Shown piece after piece: positions 61,601-64,000 of a stretch of 64,000 nt of DNA (positions within the stretch are counted from its first letter, which is position 1; the number at the start of each line of letters is the position of its first letter). The notes under the pieces were generated by a model. The model saw only the letters and a list, made by a program, of their open reading frames with translations, did no database searches and was not told the DNA's origin. The stretch is from Marinicella sp. (GTDB lineage: Bacteria > Pseudomonadota > Gammaproteobacteria > Xanthomonadales > Marinicellaceae): NCBI GenBank assembly GCA_965230295.1, contig OZ246001.1:128001-192000 (forward strand), written 5' to 3'. Made by a program: the position numbers and the translations under genes.

Positions 61601-64000
61601 AATAATAGGTATTGAGTTGGTCGTTATCGGTGAATTTCAATGATCGACGTTCAATGCTTTTCAACACCCGAGTGGCAGCAGATTGGACGTTTTCTGCTTT
61701 GCGTTGACGTTGATCAATCAGGTTTTGTTTCTTGTTCTCAAAAGTTTCGTGTAATTCTTCACGTTTATTGAGGATTTCATCCAGAAATGCTTCGTTGTCA
61801 CTGAAGTTACTTTCGAGTTCTTCCAGTTGCACCATCAAACGTGCCAGTTGCTCATCACAACCATCAGGTGTTTCGGCCAAGGCCACACCACTGGTGATGC
61901 TCTGTGATAAAACAGCCAACTGGGCACCGAACTCAGCCACCGACTCTGTGGCTGACAGTTCTTTGATGGTTAATTTGGCATGGGCTTTGGTTTGGTTGAT
62001 GCGGCTGTATACCTTCGAAACCGACTCCAAAATGGCGGTCTTTTGCAAGGTGTCATCGATGTCCAGGCCGTTGATCACCTCAGACAAGGCATCCAATCCC
62101 AAGGCCATTTCTTCCAATTCCACAGACAGGGGTTTGAGGTCCTTGACCGTCTTGATTTCAGCAATTTTATCGTGCACCGATTCAACCACTTGATCATAAT
62201 GATGCATGGCATGGTCTTGAGTGAGAAAACTGACCGTGCGTTGACCCAAAGCTTCGATTTCCTGATCCACCTGTTCAGACAATCGATTGATTTCATCCAT
62301 GTCTATATAACGGTATTCTCTGAGCGACAACAAATGACCTTTTTGACGTTTTAAATCCAAGAGCCCGTTGACAAATGGTGCTGGAGTGTCCCAATTGGCA
62401 ATTTGTATTTCACGCAGCAACTGGCGCAAATCTTGTTGTGCTTGCTGCAATGCTTTGGCTGACTCCTGGTTGATGGATCTGACTTTCTCAAACTCGTCTA
62501 ACACCAGCTCTGAAGTGTCTCCAATCACTTTCAATTGAGAAGAAAAGCCACCCAACTCTTCATTTTCCAACCAATAATAACCATCCAATACCCTTTGGAT
62601 GTTTTTGATCAAGTCTTCATATACCTGAACGCTGGGCGATTGTTCGCTGATCAGCTTTGATATGCTGTAAAGCTCTGATATGCCTTGTACCAATTCGGCA
62701 TTACCGATGGTTGCCAGTTCGGTTTTGTCATTGGCCTGGGCGGCACTGAACTCATCGCTGGTATAGGGTGTTTGCCACACTTGCATGGGGTGGATGCGCG
62801 AAGGCTCGGTTGATTCCGAACGAAAAATGATCATTTTGCCATCATCGTACAAAGAATAACCATGCCCAAAGATAGGACTCTGAAGCTCTTTGCGGATCAT
62901 GTTGTAAGAATACAAAGCAAATTTTCCTTCCAAGTGCTCATAGAACACGTACAAGACGTCCTCGCCATTGGGGGAATTCCAACGACGCTTGAACCGCAAA
63001 CCTTCTACATCTTCTGCAAAAACTTTGGATTCACCGCTTTGTAGATAATAACCACCTGGAAAAATGATGCCGTGGTCATTGGGTAATTGAACACAAGCGT
63101 GACCAATTTCATCAATGCGCAACACTTCATTGTTGCGTGTGTTGAACACAAAATACCGCCAGACCTCTTCTTTGTACGGTAGAATTTTCAACAAAATCAA
63201 CGAATTGACTTTGGCGTAGTAAATATCTGCATCTTCCAGTGATTGGTTGGGTTCATCCACAGTTTCTCGATAGATGCCTTCACCATCTTCGGTGTTGTCT
63301 TCTATTTTGATGGTTAAATCACCGCCCACGGTCTCGACAAACACTTCATCCAGAATGGACACATGTGGATGGCGGCCCTGGATAAAATCCTCACGGGTTG
63401 ATTTGTGCCATTCAAAATCATAGGAAGGTGGCAGCTCGATATCACGTTCACCGCGATCATCGATGTATTTCACTTCACCCTCATCACCGATACCCCATCG
63501 AAACACCCGTATGTCTCCGATGTTTTCACCAATTTGGAAGGCCGCCATCAATTTTTGGTTGATGACCCGCAGTTGAATCAAATGGGCTTTCTTGTAGTAA
63601 TTGTACAGCTCATGAAATTGTTTAAGGAAAACAGGATCATCCAAAAAACTGTCAGTAAGGGGTTCTGCCTTGACTTCGAATTTTCCACCTGACTCATGCA
63701 AACTATAAAGTGCAAACACATCGGAAACCTTGGTTTCCTTTTTAAGTCCGATGAATACATTGTAACCAAACAACAATTGGCCATTGATGCGCACAATGTC
63801 TCTGGGCGTGCAGTTATTTTCTGTGCGCACCCGGACCCGGTCTACCACTTCTAGTATGGTCTTGCCAAATTCTTGTTCACGCAACTGATTCAGTTGAATG
63901 ATTTGCGCTTCCAGTTGTTTGTTTTGTTCTTCCAACCGCTTGCGGATGACTTCATAAGAGCCTCCGGTGGCAACGGCTTGATTGATGGTGTTGTTCTCAA
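58689..64000 (-). CDS. Giant coiled-coil/beta-rich AAA+ ATPase (DUF3686 'DNA repair ATPase' type), 5' end truncated by the window
   Basis: The frame stays open to the edge (ENNTINQAVATGGSYEVIRKRLEEQ). N-terminal beta-rich region, long coiled coils, Walker A SPPGYGKTT, Walker B MLYLDD, AGNPY, LANRAD. Confidence 0.82.
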   Translation of the reverse strand, partial: ENNTINQAVATGGSYEVIRKRLEEQNKQLEAQIIQLNQLREQEFGKTILEVVDRVRVRTENNCTPRDIVRINGQLLFGYNVFIGLKKETKVSDVFALYSLHESGGKFEVKAEPLTDSFLDDPVFLKQFHELYNYYKKAHLIQLRVINQKLMAAFQIGENIGDIRVFRWGIGDEGEVKYIDDRGERDIELPPSYDFEWHKSTREDFIQGRHPHVSILDEVFVETVGGDLTIKIEDNTEDGEGIYRETVDEPNQSLEDADIYYAKVNSLILLKILPYKEEVWRYFVFNTRNNEVLRIDEIGHACVQLPNDHGIIFPGGYYLQSGESKVFAEDVEGLRFKRRWNSPNGEDVLYVFYEHLEGKFALYSYNMIRKELQSPIFGHGYSLYDDGKMIIFRSESTEPSRIHPMQVWQTPYTSDEFSAAQANDKTELATIGNAELVQGISELYSISKLISEQSPSVQVYEDLIKNIQRVLDGYYWLENEELGGFSSQLKVIGDTSELVLDEFEKVRSINQESAKALQQAQQDLRQLLREIQIANWDTPAPFVNGLLDLKRQKGHLLSLREYRYIDMDEINRLSEQVDQEIEALGQRTVSFLTQDHAMHHYDQVVESVHDKIAEIKTVKDLKPLSVELEEMALGLDALSEVINGLDIDDTLQKTAILESVSKVYSRINQTKAHAKLTIKELSATESVAEFGAQLAVLSQSITSGVALAETPDGCDEQLARLMVQLEELESNFSDNEAFLDEILNKREELHETFENKKQNLIDQRQRKAENVQSAATRVLKSIERRSLKFTDNDQLNTYYSSDPMVHKVADLVVQLRELDDNVKADDVEAKLKAVKEQAIRSLRDKKDIFEDGGNAIKLGKHKFSVNTQPLDLTILPKGDELVFHLSGTDFYEPVNDASLKSYQAYWLQTIGSENNEVYRAEYLAYAIFSAALNGSGEHDIMQLTELSSDDLLQVVKDYANPRYQDGYEKGVHDHDALKILQQLLDAYGRAPLLMYQPTARALAMFYWLNQPEQRQQNYTQQALTAHKIASQLGGREMSLQLYESFESDMLAYFTELGIDCHENELKTAAEFLYAYLTVVRESKRFKSAVHARALADQLRSHLESVSEYKGFNKQLESLSAHPKQQWQLVGYWLKAMIKNTVAEEDRQLHNRYVYEATVLILCDHKKHFDPSPVNLRCKVSDLLGDHRNINDRDLSFEFDEFMQRLGHFDAVQNPQYQAFRKVKHGLMHSQKAEMALDTFKARPLASFVRNQLINESYLPIIGDNLAKQMGALGQQKRSDLMGLLLLISPPGYGKTTLMEYTANRLGLNFMKINCPSLGHDVKSLDPANAPNATAKQELEKLNLALEMGNNVMLYLDDIQHTHPEFLQKFISLCDGTRKIEGVWREQSKTYDMRGKKFCVIMAGNPYTESGEVFRIPDMLANRADVYNLGDVLSGQDDVFAKSYIENSLTSNPVLAPLALRDLNDLYLLMDMAHGKNVATTDLSHSYATSEINEIVTVLQRLFKVQDVILKVNQEYIRSAAMDDRYREEPSFKLQGSYRNMNKLAEKVVAVMDEAELQELIDDHYVGEAQLLTTGAEENLLKLKELRGILNEEDAQRWEAIKTEFKIRNAVAGDEADGATKIATQLAAMQDALADLGTSMTSGQQASSEQTKASLQAVTAELAQAIKQLNLEVTVSNEPLPGLDDAMASLSETMETSFIPVIMTMNKKLGIHTEVLEKVTELSQKIQNLSKRRTARTVTKASSDKKVSKKKVTKKLAKKKTAKKVTKKTT

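Overview
A 64-kb, gene-dense, mostly minus-strand chromosomal segment. It looks like a gammaproteobacterium of the Xanthomonadales/Lysobacterales-Marinicella type, inferred from the carA-carB-greA-recJ order and the protein style. Housekeeping content: recJ, greA, carAB, parE, a complete Rrf2-sufBCDS-sufU operon, an ABC-F ATPase, an RND pump, two wax ester/TAG synthases and an acyl-CoA dehydrogenase. I saw no tRNA/rRNA, CRISPR array, transposase or prophage. The best candidate for an undescribed system is at 6.1-15.1 kb. A 1886-aa autotransporter with 11 Cys-paired DUF11/Ig-like repeats is co-transcribed with a signal-peptide-bearing Sel1/coiled-coil/caspase (C14) protease, and this pair faces a membrane-anchored Hanks-type Ser/Thr kinase across a shared terminator. 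Other notable items: an orphan Card1/Can2-like CARF nuclease with an apparently leaderless promoter, a giant AAA+ ATPase with a histone-H1-like tail (cut by the window end), a PQQ dehydrogenase coupled to a YncD/PqqU-like TonB receptor, and a SufU with a shifted Cys ligand. Non-coding items: a 149-bp palindromic element in two copies, a nested REP-like element, a terminator in the carA leader and several operator-like repeats. Family assignments come from motif recognition by eye; no database searches were run.
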